62,661 bases of DNA, filler included, from 3 parts of 3 records of this genome joined end to end with filler, not necessarily neighbours in it, one strand, 5' to 3'; numbered from the whole stretch's first letter, positions 21,508-32,639 are shown. Made by a program: numbers and translations. Notes: generated from the letters alone by a model not told the origin.

Positions 21508-21960
21508 ATGTTCAACAAAAGCAAAGCCAAGAAAAAGAAATCCACTAATCGTATTGATACCCTCATTGGCCGCCATACTCACATTAAGGGCGATATCAGT
21601 TTCAGTGGTGGCCTGCGTGTCGACGGTACGATTGAAGGCAATATCAATGCTACCGGTGATGAGACTTCCGTGCTGACACTCAGCGATCACGGCAGCATTG
21701 ATGGTGAAATCCGGGTGCCCAATATCATTATCAACGGCCAAATCAATGGCAATGTATTTGTTTCCAATCATGTTGAACTGGCAGCTAAGGCACGTATCAA
21801 CGGCAATCTCTACTACCGCCTTCTGGAAATGGCGATGGGCAGTGAAGTTAACGGCCACTTGATCCGCGCTCAGGAAGAAGACACCGATATTCTGCAAGTA
21901 GAACATGAAGTGTTTGAGGATGAAGCACAGTTTCATCTGGAACAAAAACAGGAATCCTGA
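21508..21960 (+). CDS. Bactofilin (polymer-forming cytoskeletal protein)
   Basis: TLIGRHTHIKGDISFSGGLRVDGTIEGNI beta-helix repeats. Confidence 0.92.
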   Translation: MFNKSKAKKKKSTNRIDTLIGRHTHIKGDISFSGGLRVDGTIEGNINATGDETSVLTLSDHGSIDGEIRVPNIIINGQINGNVFVSNHVELAAKARINGNLYYRLLEMAMGSEVNGHLIRAQEEDTDILQVEHEVFEDEAQFHLEQKQES

Positions 21961-21974
21961 GCAATTGATGTTTA

Positions 21975-22007
21975 AATCTTGACTAATTTAGTCAGAATTT
22001 GGATAAT
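21975..22007 (+). promoter_or_regulatory. IscR type-1-like operator overlapping the -35 of the erpA promoter
   Basis: AATCTTGACTAATTTAGTCAGAATT (GACT-N5-AGTC dyad); TTGACT-N17-GATAAT. Confidence 0.75.
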
Positions 22008-22043
22008 AATTAACCAGTAAACAAGCTATTTTTGGAGTAAATT

Positions 22044-22388
22044 ATGACCAGCGAAATGCCCAGCCCCATCATTTTTACCGAGGCAGCGGCAGCTAAGGTC
22101 AGCGACCTGATTGCTGAAGAAGGCAACGATGAGCTGAAACTGCGTGTATTCATCACCGGTGGCGGCTGCTCCGGTTTCCAATATGGATTCACCTTTGAAG
22201 AAGATGTCAGCGAAGAGGACACCAAAATTGAGAAAGGCGGTGTCACTCTGCTGGTTGATCCCGCCAGCTATCAGTATCTGGTCGGCGCTGAAATCGACTT
22301 TACTGACGGCATCGAAGGGTCGCAGTTTGTCATCCGTAATCCGAATGCCACCACAACATGTGGCTGCGGTTCATCATTTTCGCCCTGA
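22044..22388 (+). CDS. erpA: Iron-sulfur cluster insertion protein ErpA
   Basis: [11 protein letters not shown] and [14 protein letters not shown]. Confidence 0.95.
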   Translation: MTSEMPSPIIFTEAAAAKVSDLIAEEGNDELKLRVFITGGGCSGFQYGFTFEEDVSEEDTKIEKGGVTLLVDPASYQYLVGAEIDFTDGIEGSQFVIRNPNATTTCGCGSSFSP

Positions 22389-22409
22389 TCCGGGCTGAAG
22401 ATTTACCAG

Positions 22410-22442
22410 AAACCGGTGAGGTCTGACCCACCGGTTTTTTTT
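22410..22442 (+). terminator. Rho-independent terminator
   Basis: AAACCGGTG...CACCGGTTT followed by a T-run. Confidence 0.85.
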
Positions 22443-22517
22443 GTGTCTGCCATTTTCTGAATTGTTTGTCTCTCTATGCTTGGTTTATGCTTGGCAAAGA
22501 CGGGCGAGGAGAGATGA

Positions 22518-23783
22518 ATGTTTTCCAAGTGGCAATGGCTTTTAACACAGTTAGGCCGAAAACTCTGGGTGCGCTCCGCCCTATTCGCATTGCTGGCGAT
22601 CTTCACTGCCTTGATTGCGATTCCGGTTGAGCTGTTTATCGACGAGCCTTTCCCTTTCAGTATCGGTGCTGAGTCGGTAGGTCAGATCCTCAATATACTC
22701 GCCTCCAGTATGCTGGCGGTGACCACTTTCTCCCTGAGCGTGATGGTTTCTGCCTATACCGCCGCCAGTTCCAGTGCCACACCGAGGGCCACCAAGTTAG
22801 TCCGTCAGGACTCCACTACCCAGAACGTGCTGGCCACCTTCATTGGCTCATTTTTGTTCAGCCTGGTCGGTATTATCGCCCTGAGTACCGACCTTTACGG
22901 TGAAAACGGCCGGCTTATCCTGTTCGCAGTGACTATTGCCGTGGTGGTGATTATTGTGGTCACTATGCTGCGCTGGATCGAACATCTGTCGATGCTGGGG
23001 CGGCTGGGTGAGACCACCAACCGGGTTGAAGAGGCTGCCCGTGAGGCAATTCAGCAACGCGTCGATTATCCCTGCCTGGGTGCACGCCGTTTGAACTGGG
23101 ATCAACTGCCGGATTATTTCGATAATCAAATCTATCCCCAACAGACGGGCTATGTGCAACACATCGATATCAGTAAACTGAATCATCATGCTGAGCACTA
23201 TGACGCTGAAATATCGGTGCTGACCGAGCCCGGCCAGTTCATTCATCCTGCTGAAGCCATTGCCTGCTTTGATGGCGAACTGACGGAAGACATCGAGAAT
23301 GCGGTTCGCTCTGCTTTTACTGTCGGTACGGAACGATCTTTTGATCAGGATCCGCGTTTCGGCTTATCCGTACTCGCCGAAATCGCCTCACGGGCCCTGT
23401 CTCCTGCCGTCAATGACCCGGGCACAGCCATCGATATTGTCAGCCGCACCGTTCGCCTGTTACTACCCTGGCGAGAACATATCAGCATTGAGGATGACAA
23501 CGAAAAAATTGTCTATCCCCATGTTCGCGTCTCCGAAATTCAGCTGGATGATTTGTTTGAAGATGTGTTTCTACCGATTGCCCGTGATGGCGCCGGTTTG
23601 GTTGAAATTCAGCTCAGGCTGCAACAGTCTTTACTGGCCTTAAAGCGTCTCTGCCCTAACTGTTTTGCCGAACAGGTAGAGCATCACTCACAAATGGCTT
23701 ACGAGCGTGCTGAACTCGCACTCAAGCTGGATGCCGAAAAACTGCGGCTGAAACAGATCGTCGATAAAATTCAAAACGAATAA
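22518..23783 (+). CDS. DUF2254 family membrane protein
   Basis: Four N-terminal TMs; QDPRFGL, ALSPAVNDPGTA, IARDGA motifs. Confidence 0.85.
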   Translation: MFSKWQWLLTQLGRKLWVRSALFALLAIFTALIAIPVELFIDEPFPFSIGAESVGQILNILASSMLAVTTFSLSVMVSAYTAASSSATPRATKLVRQDSTTQNVLATFIGSFLFSLVGIIALSTDLYGENGRLILFAVTIAVVVIIVVTMLRWIEHLSMLGRLGETTNRVEEAAREAIQQRVDYPCLGARRLNWDQLPDYFDNQIYPQQTGYVQHIDISKLNHHAEHYDAEISVLTEPGQFIHPAEAIACFDGELTEDIENAVRSAFTVGTERSFDQDPRFGLSVLAEIASRALSPAVNDPGTAIDIVSRTVRLLLPWREHISIEDDNEKIVYPHVRVSEIQLDDLFEDVFLPIARDGAGLVEIQLRLQQSLLALKRLCPNCFAEQVEHHSQMAYERAELALKLDAEKLRLKQIVDKIQNE

Positions 23784-23808
23784 CTTTGAGTTTGGTCTCA
23801 CTCTGACA

Positions 23809-23858
23809 TTTACATTTCCTCTATTGCCGCCTAAAATGAATGAACGTTCATTCATTTT
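23809..23858 (+). promoter_or_regulatory. Sigma70 promoter overlapped by a perfect 26-bp palindrome (putative TetR operator)
   Basis: TTTACA-N17-TAAAAT; AAAATGAATGAAC|GTTCATTCATTTT at 23833-23858. Confidence 0.85.
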
Positions 23859-23866
23859 TAACCGCG

Positions 23867-24466
23867 ATGACTCAGACAAATTCCAAAGATAAACAGGAAA
23901 TCATCCTGCAGGCCACACTGGAACTGCTCGCCAGCAGTGGTTTCCATGGTTTCTCTATGAAACAACTGGCGACGCGCGCCGGCGTGGCGACTGGCACCCT
24001 GTATCTCTACTTCAAAGATCGGGAAGCGCTGATAGCTGAACTCCACAGCAGGATAATAGAAGCTTTTGCCGAAGCCGCATTCAGTGATCACGACGGGTCA
24101 GAGACTTTAAAACAACGTTACCAGCGGATCTGCGCCAACATCTGGCATTTCTGTATTAACAACCGTGCAATTACGCTGAGCAAGGCGCAGTTTGATCATC
24201 TGCCTACCGATGTATTACGCAGTCAGCGGCAGGATGCCTGGCAGCAGTTCCAGTCATTGCGCGATCTGTTTGCCGAAGGTCGCCGTCTGAAGCTGATTAA
24301 AGATCTGCCCGATGATGTGCTGGGCAGCCTCAGCTTTGAACCTTATATGTATATGGCCAGTCAGCAACTGTTGGGCGTGATTAAAGTGGATCAGGCACAG
24401 CTGAATCAGATTATGGACGCATCCTGGGATGCAATTGCTACCGGCGCCGATCAGGCCCGGGAATAG
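23867..24466 (+). CDS. TetR/AcrR-family transcriptional regulator
   Basis: GFHGFSMKQLATRAGVATGTLYLYFKDRE HTH. Start moved downstream of the promoter and operator. Confidence 0.92.
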   Translation: MTQTNSKDKQEIILQATLELLASSGFHGFSMKQLATRAGVATGTLYLYFKDREALIAELHSRIIEAFAEAAFSDHDGSETLKQRYQRICANIWHFCINNRAITLSKAQFDHLPTDVLRSQRQDAWQQFQSLRDLFAEGRRLKLIKDLPDDVLGSLSFEPYMYMASQQLLGVIKVDQAQLNQIMDASWDAIATGADQARE

Positions 24467-24475
24467 GAGACCGCA

Positions 24476-25636
24476 ATGACCCACACCCTTAGATTACCGT
24501 TAACACTGACACTCTGTTTTGGCCTGTTGCTGTCTGGCTGTGATCAACAGACAGAGAAACAGAACAATCAGCAGGAGCCGCCGCCAGCCGCTGTTAATGT
24601 TGTGACCCTGAATCCGCAAACAGTCACACTCACCAGCTCACTGCCCGCCCGCAGCGTCGCGTTTCGTAAAGCAGATGTCCGGCCACAGGTGAGTGGCATC
24701 ATTGAAAACCGCCTGTTTGAAGAAGGTTCACAAATCGAAGCCGGTCAGCAGTTATATCAGATTGATCCTGCCCTTTATCAAGCTGAACTGGCCAATACCG
24801 AAGCGCAGCTAGCCAGGGCAGAAGCTGCCTTGAAAACAGCCAAAGCGCGTAAAAATCGTTACCAGAACCTGCTTGATGACAACGCCATCAGTCGCCAGGA
24901 ATACGACGATGCAGTGGCGACCTACCAGCAGGCATTGGCTGAGATCAAAGTGCAGCAGGCAGCGGTCAGCACTGCCAGAACCAATCTTGATTACACGGAG
25001 GTTAACGCGCCTATTTCCGGTCGCATCGGCAAGTCCAATGTGACCGAGGGTGCGCTGGTCACGGCGCAGCAAGCCGAGGTGCTGGCCACGATACACCAAC
25101 TGGATCCGATGTATATTGATATCTCCCAGCCATCCAGAGCCTTGCTGGATCTGCGCAGAAAAATCATTGATCGTGAGATTAATCAGCAATCAGCACCGAC
25201 TGTCACCCTCACGCTGGAAGACGGCAGTCGTTATCCCCATCAGGGCAAGCTTCAGTTCGCCGAAGTCGATGTTGACCCATCCACGGGGGACGTGGTGCTG
25301 CGGGCAATCATGCCCAATCCCGATCAGCTTTTGTTACCAGGCATGTTTGTCCGGGCTGAAATTACCGAAGGCACAGTCAGCAATGCCATACTGGCGCCGC
25401 AGAAAGGCATCAGTTTCAACCGCGAAGGCGATGCCACGGCATTAGTCGTCAATGGCGATAATCAGGTCGAATCTCGACAACTGGAAATTGGCCGCGCCAT
25501 TGGCGAAAACTGGTTAGTCAAATCCGGTCTCAGTGCCGGCGATCAGTTGATTGTCGCCGGTTTGCAGAAGGTGGCCCCCGGCGCCAAGGTCACGATTGAC
25601 CAGAATAAGTCGCAAGATAAAGCGAGCGGAGGCTGA
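24476..25636 (+). CDS. RND efflux periplasmic adaptor (AcrA/MexA-like lipoprotein)
   Basis: Lipobox [35 protein letters not shown]. Confidence 0.93.
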   Translation: MTHTLRLPLTLTLCFGLLLSGCDQQTEKQNNQQEPPPAAVNVVTLNPQTVTLTSSLPARSVAFRKADVRPQVSGIIENRLFEEGSQIEAGQQLYQIDPALYQAELANTEAQLARAEAALKTAKARKNRYQNLLDDNAISRQEYDDAVATYQQALAEIKVQQAAVSTARTNLDYTEVNAPISGRIGKSNVTEGALVTAQQAEVLATIHQLDPMYIDISQPSRALLDLRRKIIDREINQQSAPTVTLTLEDGSRYPHQGKLQFAEVDVDPSTGDVVLRAIMPNPDQLLLPGMFVRAEITEGTVSNAILAPQKGISFNREGDATALVVNGDNQVESRQLEIGRAIGENWLVKSGLSAGDQLIVAGLQKVAPGAKVTIDQNKSQDKASGG

Positions 25637-25638
25637 TC

Positions 25639-26730
25639 ATGGCCAGATTCTTTATCGACCGGCCGGTTTTTGCCTGGGTTATTGCGATTCTGATTATGCT
25701 TGCCGGTGTGCTGGCCATTGTCCAGTTGCCGGTTTCACAGTATCCGGAAGTGGCACCACCCTCTGTTGAAATCCGCACCACCTACCCCGGCGCTTCAGCT
25801 GAAACTGTTGAGGATTCGGTGATACAGGTGCTCGAACAGAACCTGACCGGGATCGACAATGTGCTCTACATGTCTGCCACCAGCGACTCAACCGGCATTG
25901 GCCAGCTCACCATTACTTTTGAAGCCGGCACCGATCCGGATATTGCCCAGGTGCAGGTACAGAATAAGCTGCAGGGCGCGATGCCACTGCTGCCACAAGA
26001 GGTGCAGGAACAGGGGATCCGTGTGACCAAATCCAGCACCGGCTTTTTGATGGTACTCGGTTTCGTTTCTGCTGATAACAGCATGGACCGCTACGATATT
26101 TCTGACTATGTCGGTGCCAATATTCAGGATCCACTCAGCCGCGTCAACGGTGTCGGCCGGATTCAGATTTTCGGTTCCCAGTACGCGATGCGGATTTGGC
26201 TCAATCCTGAGCGGCTCAGTCACTATCATCTGACCACCGATGACGTGGTGCTGGCAATCCGTGCACAGAACGCACAGATTGCCGCCGGTGAACTCGGCGG
26301 CGCTCCGGCTGTAGAGGACCAGCAGTTCAACGCCAATATCGTGGTGCAGACCAGGCTGGAAACCCCGGAAGAATTCAGCAATATCATACTCCGCGTCAAT
26401 CAGGATGGTTCACGGGTTCGACTGGGAGATGTCGCCCGGGTCGAACTGGGCGGTGAGAGCTATCAATACGAAACCGAATACAACAAACAAGCGGCTGCCG
26501 GCATCGGTATCACACTGGCCTCGGGGGCGAATGCGCTGGATACCGCCAACAACATCCGGCAACGCATCGATGAGCTGGATGATTTTTTCCCGGCAGGTCT
26601 GGAAGTGGTTTATCCCTATGACACCACGCCCTTTGTTAAATTATCGATAGAAGGCGTGGTACATACGCTGGTTGAGGCAGTGATACTCGTCTTTCTGGTG
26701 ATGTATCTGTTTTTGCAGAACTTCCGGGCC
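25639..26730 (+). CDS. RND efflux permease (AcrB/MexB-like), cut off by the contig end
   Basis: [45 protein letters not shown]. Confidence 0.95.
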
Positions 26731-26830
26731 NNNNNNNNNNNNNNNNNNNNNNNNNNNNNNNNNNNNNNNNNNNNTTAATTAATTAANNNNNNNNNNNNNN
26801 NNNNNNNNNNNNNNNNNNNNNNNNNNNNNN
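26731..26830. other. Artificial contig spacer
   Basis: 44 N + TTAATTAATTAA (stops in all frames) + 44 N; genes are truncated on both sides. Confidence 0.98.
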
Positions 26831-27912
26831 TTGATCGTGTTGCCATGCATCGGATCACAGGACCAGACCACGTTCTTGCCCTCGCGCTCAACGGCACGAA
26901 TGAAGCGCGGCAGATGCTTGTCCACCTCTCCCGCACCGACACGCACGATCATAGTCAGACGGCCCGGCTCGTTCTGCGGGTTCAGGACATCGACCAGCCG
27001 CAGCATATCGTCCGTGTCAAGGCTCGGACCGCACTTCATGCCAACCGGGTTGGAAATCCCCCGCAGATATTCGACATGCGCACCATCAAGCTGGCGGGTC
27101 CGGTCGCCAACCCAGAGCATATGCGCCGCTGTGTTGTACCAGCCGCCATGCGCTGTGATGGTGTCCTTACGGGTCAAGGACTGTTCATAGCCGAGTAGCA
27201 GAGCTTCATGGCTGGTGTAGAATTCAGTCTCGCGAAGCTGCTGGTTGTTCTCGGCTGTGATCCCGCAAGCGCGCATGAATTCCAGCGCCTCGTCGATGCG
27301 GGAAACGACGTTCTCGAAACGCGCGCCCTGCGGCGAGTTCTCGACGAAGCTGAGGGTCCAGCGATGGATCTGTTCCAGATTGGCAAAACCGCCCTGGGCG
27401 AAAGCGCGCAGCAGGTTCAGCGTCGAGGCCGACTGGTTATAGACCTTGAGCAACCGGTCCGGATCGGGAACACGGTCCGCTTCGGTGAACTCAATGCCAT
27501 TGACCATGTCGCCGCGATAGCTCGGCAGTTCCACACCGTCGATCGTCTCCACGTCGGACGAGCGCGGCTTGGCGAACTGACCGGCAAGCCGGCCGACCTT
27601 CACGATCGGCATACCCGCTCCGAAAGTCAGTACCACCGCCATCTGCAGCAGCACCCGGAAGGTGTCGCGGATGTTGTTCGGAGAGAATTCGGCAAAGCTC
27701 TCGGCACAATCCCCGCCCTGCAGCAGGAACGCCTCACCCTTCGCCACCCGGCCAAGAGAGGCCTTCAAACGCTGCGCTTCCCCTGCAAAAACCAGGGTCG
27801 GATAACCGCTCAGTTCTTTCTCGACAGCCGCGACACGGGCCGCGTCCGGATAGGACGGAACTTGCTTGATCGGTTTACCGCGCCAGCTGTCGGGGCTCCA
27901 TGTGCCGGACAT
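26831..27912 (-). CDS. Class II DAHP synthase, 3' truncated
   Basis: [42 protein letters not shown]. Confidence 0.95.
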
Positions 27913-28093
27913 TGCTGTTCTCCCAAGGTTCGAAATTGCCGCTTTCCTGCCGATTTTGGCGGGTGCGGACAGGTTTTGTATCAGCGGTTTTCCGCGAATA
28001 CCAGTGCGAGTACAGACTAGCAGCGCATTACAACCGCCTCGGCGTCAACCCGTCAGAGAGAAAGCCATTGCACCGAGGCCGTAAAGCGGCGGC

Positions 28094-29476
28094 TTATTCC
28101 GCCGCCTGACGCTCCGGCTCCGGCCGCTTCGTGCGCATGGTGACGAACTCTTCCGCCGCCGTCGGATGAATGCCGATGGTGGCATCGAACTCGGCCTTGG
28201 TCGCACCGGCCTTGATGGCGATACCGAGGCCCTGAATGATCTCCGGCGCGTCGAGGCCGACCATATGGGCACCGACCACCCGGTCGGACGCACGGTCGAC
28301 AATCAGTTTCTGCATGCCGCGCTCCGGATTGTCCGTCAGCGTGTATTTCATCGGCCGGAACCCGGCGACATAAACGTCGATCTCGCCATACTGGTCCCGC
28401 GCCTCGGCTTCCGTCAGGCCGACCGTGCCAATCGGCGGCTGGCTGAAGACGGCGCTTGGTACGTCCCGGTGATCGGCCTGCATCGGGCGATTGTTGAAGA
28501 CCGTCTCGGCAAAGGAATGGCCTTCGGCGATGGCAACCGGGGTCAGGTTGATCCGGTCCGTCACGTCGCCGACGGCGTAGATGCTGGGCACGGAGGTCTG
28601 GGACCACTCGTTCACCACGACAGCGCCGCCCTTGGTCAGCTCCACACCGGCTTCCGCGAGGCCGAGGCCCTTGGTGTTCGGGTGGCGTCCGGTGGCGTAC
28701 ATCACTTCGTCGACTTCGAGTGTCGAGCCGTCGTTCAGATGCACCTTGTAGACATCGCCTGCCTTCTCGATCTTGTCCGGCAGCGTGCCCGGGTGCAGAT
28801 GCATGCCCTTCTTGGACATTTCCTCGGTCAGCGTGTCGCGCACATCCTCATCGAAACCGCGCATCACCTTGTCCGCGCGGTAGACCAGATGGGTCTCGGA
28901 GCCGAAGCTGTTGAAGATCCCGGCGAACTCGACTGCGATGAAGCCGGAGCCGACAATAACGATCCGGTCCGGGCGCTTCGGCAGTTCAAGCGCCTCGTTC
29001 GAGGTGATGGCGTGCTCCGCGCCCGGCACATCCGGCACACTCGGCCAGCCGCCGACCGCGATCAGGATGCGTTCCGCCGTATAGTGCTTGTCGCCCACCG
29101 CCACTGTATGCGCGTCGACCAGCGTCCCGCGCCCGTGGATGCGTGTGGCTCCGGCATTTTCCAACAAGCTGACATAGATGCCGTGCAGCCGGTCCAGTTC
29201 CTTTTCCTTGGCGGCGATCATGGCCGGCCAGTCGTGACGCACATTGTCCGCGGACCAGCCGTAGCCGGCACCATCCTGCATGTCGTGACCGAAATGGGAG
29301 CCATAGACAAAAAGTTTCTTCGGCACGCAGCCGCGCAGCACGCAGGTGCCGCCTTCGCGCACTTCCTCGATTACCGCAACCTTCGCGCCAAAACCGGCGG
29401 CCAGCCGGCTTGCCCGCACACCGCCGGAGCCGGCACCAATGGTAATCAGGTCAAAATCATAGTCGGACACGGGCAC
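28094..29476 (-). CDS. gor: Glutathione reductase
   Basis: GAGSGG, GGTCVLRGCVPKK, IGIHPTAAEE. Confidence 0.95.
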   Translation of the reverse strand: MPVSDYDFDLITIGAGSGGVRASRLAAGFGAKVAVIEEVREGGTCVLRGCVPKKLFVYGSHFGHDMQDGAGYGWSADNVRHDWPAMIAAKEKELDRLHGIYVSLLENAGATRIHGRGTLVDAHTVAVGDKHYTAERILIAVGGWPSVPDVPGAEHAITSNEALELPKRPDRIVIVGSGFIAVEFAGIFNSFGSETHLVYRADKVMRGFDEDVRDTLTEEMSKKGMHLHPGTLPDKIEKAGDVYKVHLNDGSTLEVDEVMYATGRHPNTKGLGLAEAGVELTKGGAVVVNEWSQTSVPSIYAVGDVTDRINLTPVAIAEGHSFAETVFNNRPMQADHRDVPSAVFSQPPIGTVGLTEAEARDQYGEIDVYVAGFRPMKYTLTDNPERGMQKLIVDRASDRVVGAHMVGLDAPEIIQGLGIAIKAGATKAEFDATIGIHPTAAEEFVTMRTKRPEPERQAAE

Positions 29477-29710
29477 GCTCCATGGGTCGGATCGGATTTC
29501 AGGACACGGTTAATCTGTTGCTGATCAGATAGGAACGCAATTGATGCCTGTCCACCACAAGACAGTCAACGAAGCGGAGCCTAATCACGCCGAATACGAT
29601 GCTCATTGCTCCCGCCTCTGCGGCTATTTGCCTATGCAGGGGCGTTTTACCCGGCCGTGGCAGGACGCTAAAGTGGCCGTGCTTCACCGCATTTCCGAAA
29701 GGCCCGCCTG

Positions 29711-31099
29711 ATGAGTGGAATAACGCGCCGCGATCTTCTTGTCGGCTCCGCCGCGGTTCTTGCCAGCCCCGCTATCGCCGGGATTGCCGCACACCGGACC
29801 TTTGCCGCCGTCGATCAGTCCATCGAGATGCACCGCGTCAGCCACGAGATCGTCAAGAGCATGCCGACCCCGGGAATGATGAGTTTCTCGGCAGACGGGC
29901 CACCACCGGTCATCCGGATGCGTCAGGGAGAGACCACCGCCATCGAGGTCCGCAACAGGCTGGACGAGGCTTCCACGGTGCATTGGCACGGTCTCAGGAT
30001 CGACAATGCGATGGACGGCGTCCCCTACCTGACCCAATCCCCCATCGAGGCCGGTGAGAGTTTTCGCTACCGCTTCACACCGCCGGATGCCGGGACCTTC
30101 TGGTATCATCCCCATTGCAACACGCTGGAGCAGATGGCCCGGGGCATGACGGGCGTTCTGGTGGTCGAGGATTCGGAAGATCCGGGCTTCGATCAGGATC
30201 TGCCCCTCAATATCCGGGACTTCCGGATCGGCAGCAAAGGCCAGTTCCTGCAGTTCTACAAAGCTCGCAACACGGCGCGCGGCGGGACGCTCGGGACCAT
30301 TTCGACGGTCAACTGGCGGATCGATCCGGCATATGACCTGCCTGCGGGATCGCTGATCCGGTTGCGGCTCGCCGTGACGGACCTGACACGTGTCGGGCAT
30401 TACACCCTGACCGGTGGCGAAGCGCATGTCATCGCGCTGGATTCCAATCCGGTCCCCGCGCCGATGCCGGTCGATGAAATCATCATGGGGCCGGGCCAGA
30501 GAGCGGATATCGCGCTCAAAATGCCGGACAATGAAGGGGAGCAGGTGGAGCTGATCCTGCGCAAGCCGTCCGGCGATGTCCGCATCGCCTCATTCCGGGC
30601 GACAGGCCAGAGCGCACACCGCCAGCTTGCCGAGCTGAAACCGCTTGCACCGAACCCGATCCCCGAGCCGGATCTGGCGAATGCGGAAACGCTCGAGTTC
30701 GTTTTCGGCTGGTCCCCTGCGGGAGATGCCCCTGCCAATCCGATCTGCGGCAATCTCGGCTATCTTTTCTGGTCCATCAACCGCATCGCCTGGCAGGGAG
30801 ATTTCCCCGATCCGACCGCGCCGCTTGCCGTCATGAAGCCGGGGAAGAGCTACATCCTGCGCCTGCGCAACGAGACGCCGTACGAGCATCCCATCCACCT
30901 GCATGGCCTGACATTCCGGCTACTTCGCTCGAACAAGCGCCAGATCCCGCCCCTGCTGACCGATACCGCCCTGCTGCAGGCCGAGGAGACCATGGAAGTG
31001 GCTCTGGTCGCGGATAATCCGGGCGACTGGGCCTTCCACTGCCATGTCATCGAACATCAGAAAACCGGACTGACCGGCTTCCTGCGCGTCGAAGCCTGA
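29711..31099 (+). CDS. Tat-exported three-domain multicopper oxidase
   Basis: TRRDLL twin-arginine signal; HWHG, WYHPH, HPIHLHG and HCHVIEH copper motifs. Confidence 0.93.
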   Translation: MSGITRRDLLVGSAAVLASPAIAGIAAHRTFAAVDQSIEMHRVSHEIVKSMPTPGMMSFSADGPPPVIRMRQGETTAIEVRNRLDEASTVHWHGLRIDNAMDGVPYLTQSPIEAGESFRYRFTPPDAGTFWYHPHCNTLEQMARGMTGVLVVEDSEDPGFDQDLPLNIRDFRIGSKGQFLQFYKARNTARGGTLGTISTVNWRIDPAYDLPAGSLIRLRLAVTDLTRVGHYTLTGGEAHVIALDSNPVPAPMPVDEIIMGPGQRADIALKMPDNEGEQVELILRKPSGDVRIASFRATGQSAHRQLAELKPLAPNPIPEPDLANAETLEFVFGWSPAGDAPANPICGNLGYLFWSINRIAWQGDFPDPTAPLAVMKPGKSYILRLRNETPYEHPIHLHGLTFRLLRSNKRQIPPLLTDTALLQAEETMEVALVADNPGDWAFHCHVIEHQKTGLTGFLRVEA

Positions 31100-31120
31100 G
31101 CCACACCGGCAGGGCAAACA

Positions 31121-31148
31121 GAAAAGGCGGCCCAACGGCCGCCTTTTC
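31121..31148. terminator. Bidirectional terminator between convergent genes
   Basis: GAAAAGGCGGCC-caac-GGCCGCCTTTTC. Confidence 0.85.
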
Positions 31149-31166
31149 CGCAGTCATCCGGATGGA

Positions 31167-32639
31167 TCAGCCGTTAAGGCCGCCCATCAGCAGGTATTTG
31201 AGCTCGAGATAGTCATCGAGACCGTATTTCGAGCCTTCGCGGCCAAGACCGGATTCCTTCACGCCACCGAACGGCGCGACTTCAGAGGACAAGATGCCCT
31301 CATTGATCGCGACCATGCCGTATTCAAGCGCTTCAGCAACACGCCAGACCCGGCCGAGATCGCGGGCATAGAAGTAGGAAGCAAGGCCGAACTCGGTATC
31401 GTTGGCCAGCTCGATCACCTCTTCTTCCGTCTTGAAACGGAAGAGCGGGGCTACCGGGCCGAAGGTTTCCTCACGGAAAATCGCCATGTCGCGGGTCGCT
31501 TCGGTCAGCACGGTCGGCTCATAGAACAGCGCGCCGATATTGCTGCGGGCACCGCCGGCGGCAACCTTCGCGCCCTTGGCAACCGCGTCCTGAACATGCT
31601 CCTCGACCTTGTCGACGGCAGCTGCTTCGATCAGCGGGCCGACCGTGACACCATCATCGAAACCGTTGCCCATCTTCATCGCTTTTGCCGCCGCCGCGAA
31701 CTTCTTGGCGAACTCATCATAGATGCCGTCCTGCACGAAGATCCGGTTGGCACAGACGCAGGTCTGACCGGCGTTGCGGTATTTGCAGATGATCGCGCCT
31801 TTCACGGCTTCATCGATATCCGCATCATCGAAGATGATCAGCGGCGCGTTGCCACCAAGCTCCATGGAGACTTTCTTCACCGTCGAAGCGGACTGCGCGA
31901 TCAGCGTCTTGCCGACCTCGGTCGAGCCCGTGAAGGTGATCTTGCGGACCAGCTTGCTGTGGGTCAGCTCGTTGCCGATGGCGGACGAACTGGCACCGCA
32001 GACGACGTTGAAGACACCTTTCGGAATGCCCGCGCGTTCCGCCAGAACGGCCAGTGCGATGGCCGAGAACGGCGTCATCTTCGCAGGCTTGGCGACGAAG
32101 GTGCAACCAGCCGCCAGGGCCGGAGCCGCCTTGCGCGTGATCATCGCGTTCGGGAAGTTCCATGGCGTGATCGAGCCGACGACGCCGACCGGCTGCTTCA
32201 GCACGACAATGCGCTTGCCGTCTGCGGTATTCGGGATGATGTCGCCGTAAATCCGCTTCGCTTCCTCTGCATAGAACTCGACATAGGAGGCGCCGTAGGC
32301 GATCTCGCCCATGGCTTCGGCAAGCGGCTTGCCCTGCTCGGCGGTCATGATGATGCCGAGGTCGCGCTGGTTCTCCATCATCAGGTCGAACCATTTGCGC
32401 AGTATGGCGGAACGCTCCTTCGCCGTCTTGGCCCGCCAGGCTGGCCAGGCCGCATTCGCCGCCTCGATCGCGCGGCGCGTCTCGTCCGCCCCCATATCGG
32501 GGATCGTGCCGACCACATCGCCCGTCGCCGGGTCCGTCACATCGACCCTGCCGCCACCATCGGCATCAACCCAGGCGCCGTCGATATAGCCCTGCTCGCA
32601 GAGCAGGGACGGATCGGAAAGTTTGCTTCTGATATCCAT
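31167..32639 (-). CDS. gabD: NAD(P)-dependent succinate-semialdehyde dehydrogenase
   Basis: ITPWNFPNAMITRK, ELGGNAP, RNAGQTCVCANR, EETFGP. ATG 32639 follows AAGGAG. Confidence 0.9.
   Translation of the reverse strand: MDIRSKLSDPSLLCEQGYIDGAWVDADGGGRVDVTDPATGDVVGTIPDMGADETRRAIEAANAAWPAWRAKTAKERSAILRKWFDLMMENQRDLGIIMTAEQGKPLAEAMGEIAYGASYVEFYAEEAKRIYGDIIPNTADGKRIVVLKQPVGVVGSITPWNFPNAMITRKAAPALAAGCTFVAKPAKMTPFSAIALAVLAERAGIPKGVFNVVCGASSSAIGNELTHSKLVRKITFTGSTEVGKTLIAQSASTVKKVSMELGGNAPLIIFDDADIDEAVKGAIICKYRNAGQTCVCANRIFVQDGIYDEFAKKFAAAAKAMKMGNGFDDGVTVGPLIEAAAVDKVEEHVQDAVAKGAKVAAGGARSNIGALFYEPTVLTEATRDMAIFREETFGPVAPLFRFKTEEEVIELANDTEFGLASYFYARDLGRVWRVAEALEYGMVAINEGILSSEVAPFGGVKESGLGREGSKYGLDDYLELKYLLMGGLNG

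Noticed and set aside
26775..26786. TTAATTAATTAA palindrome flanked by Ns (also 52658-52669)
   Set aside because: Artificial all-frame-stop linker, not biological.
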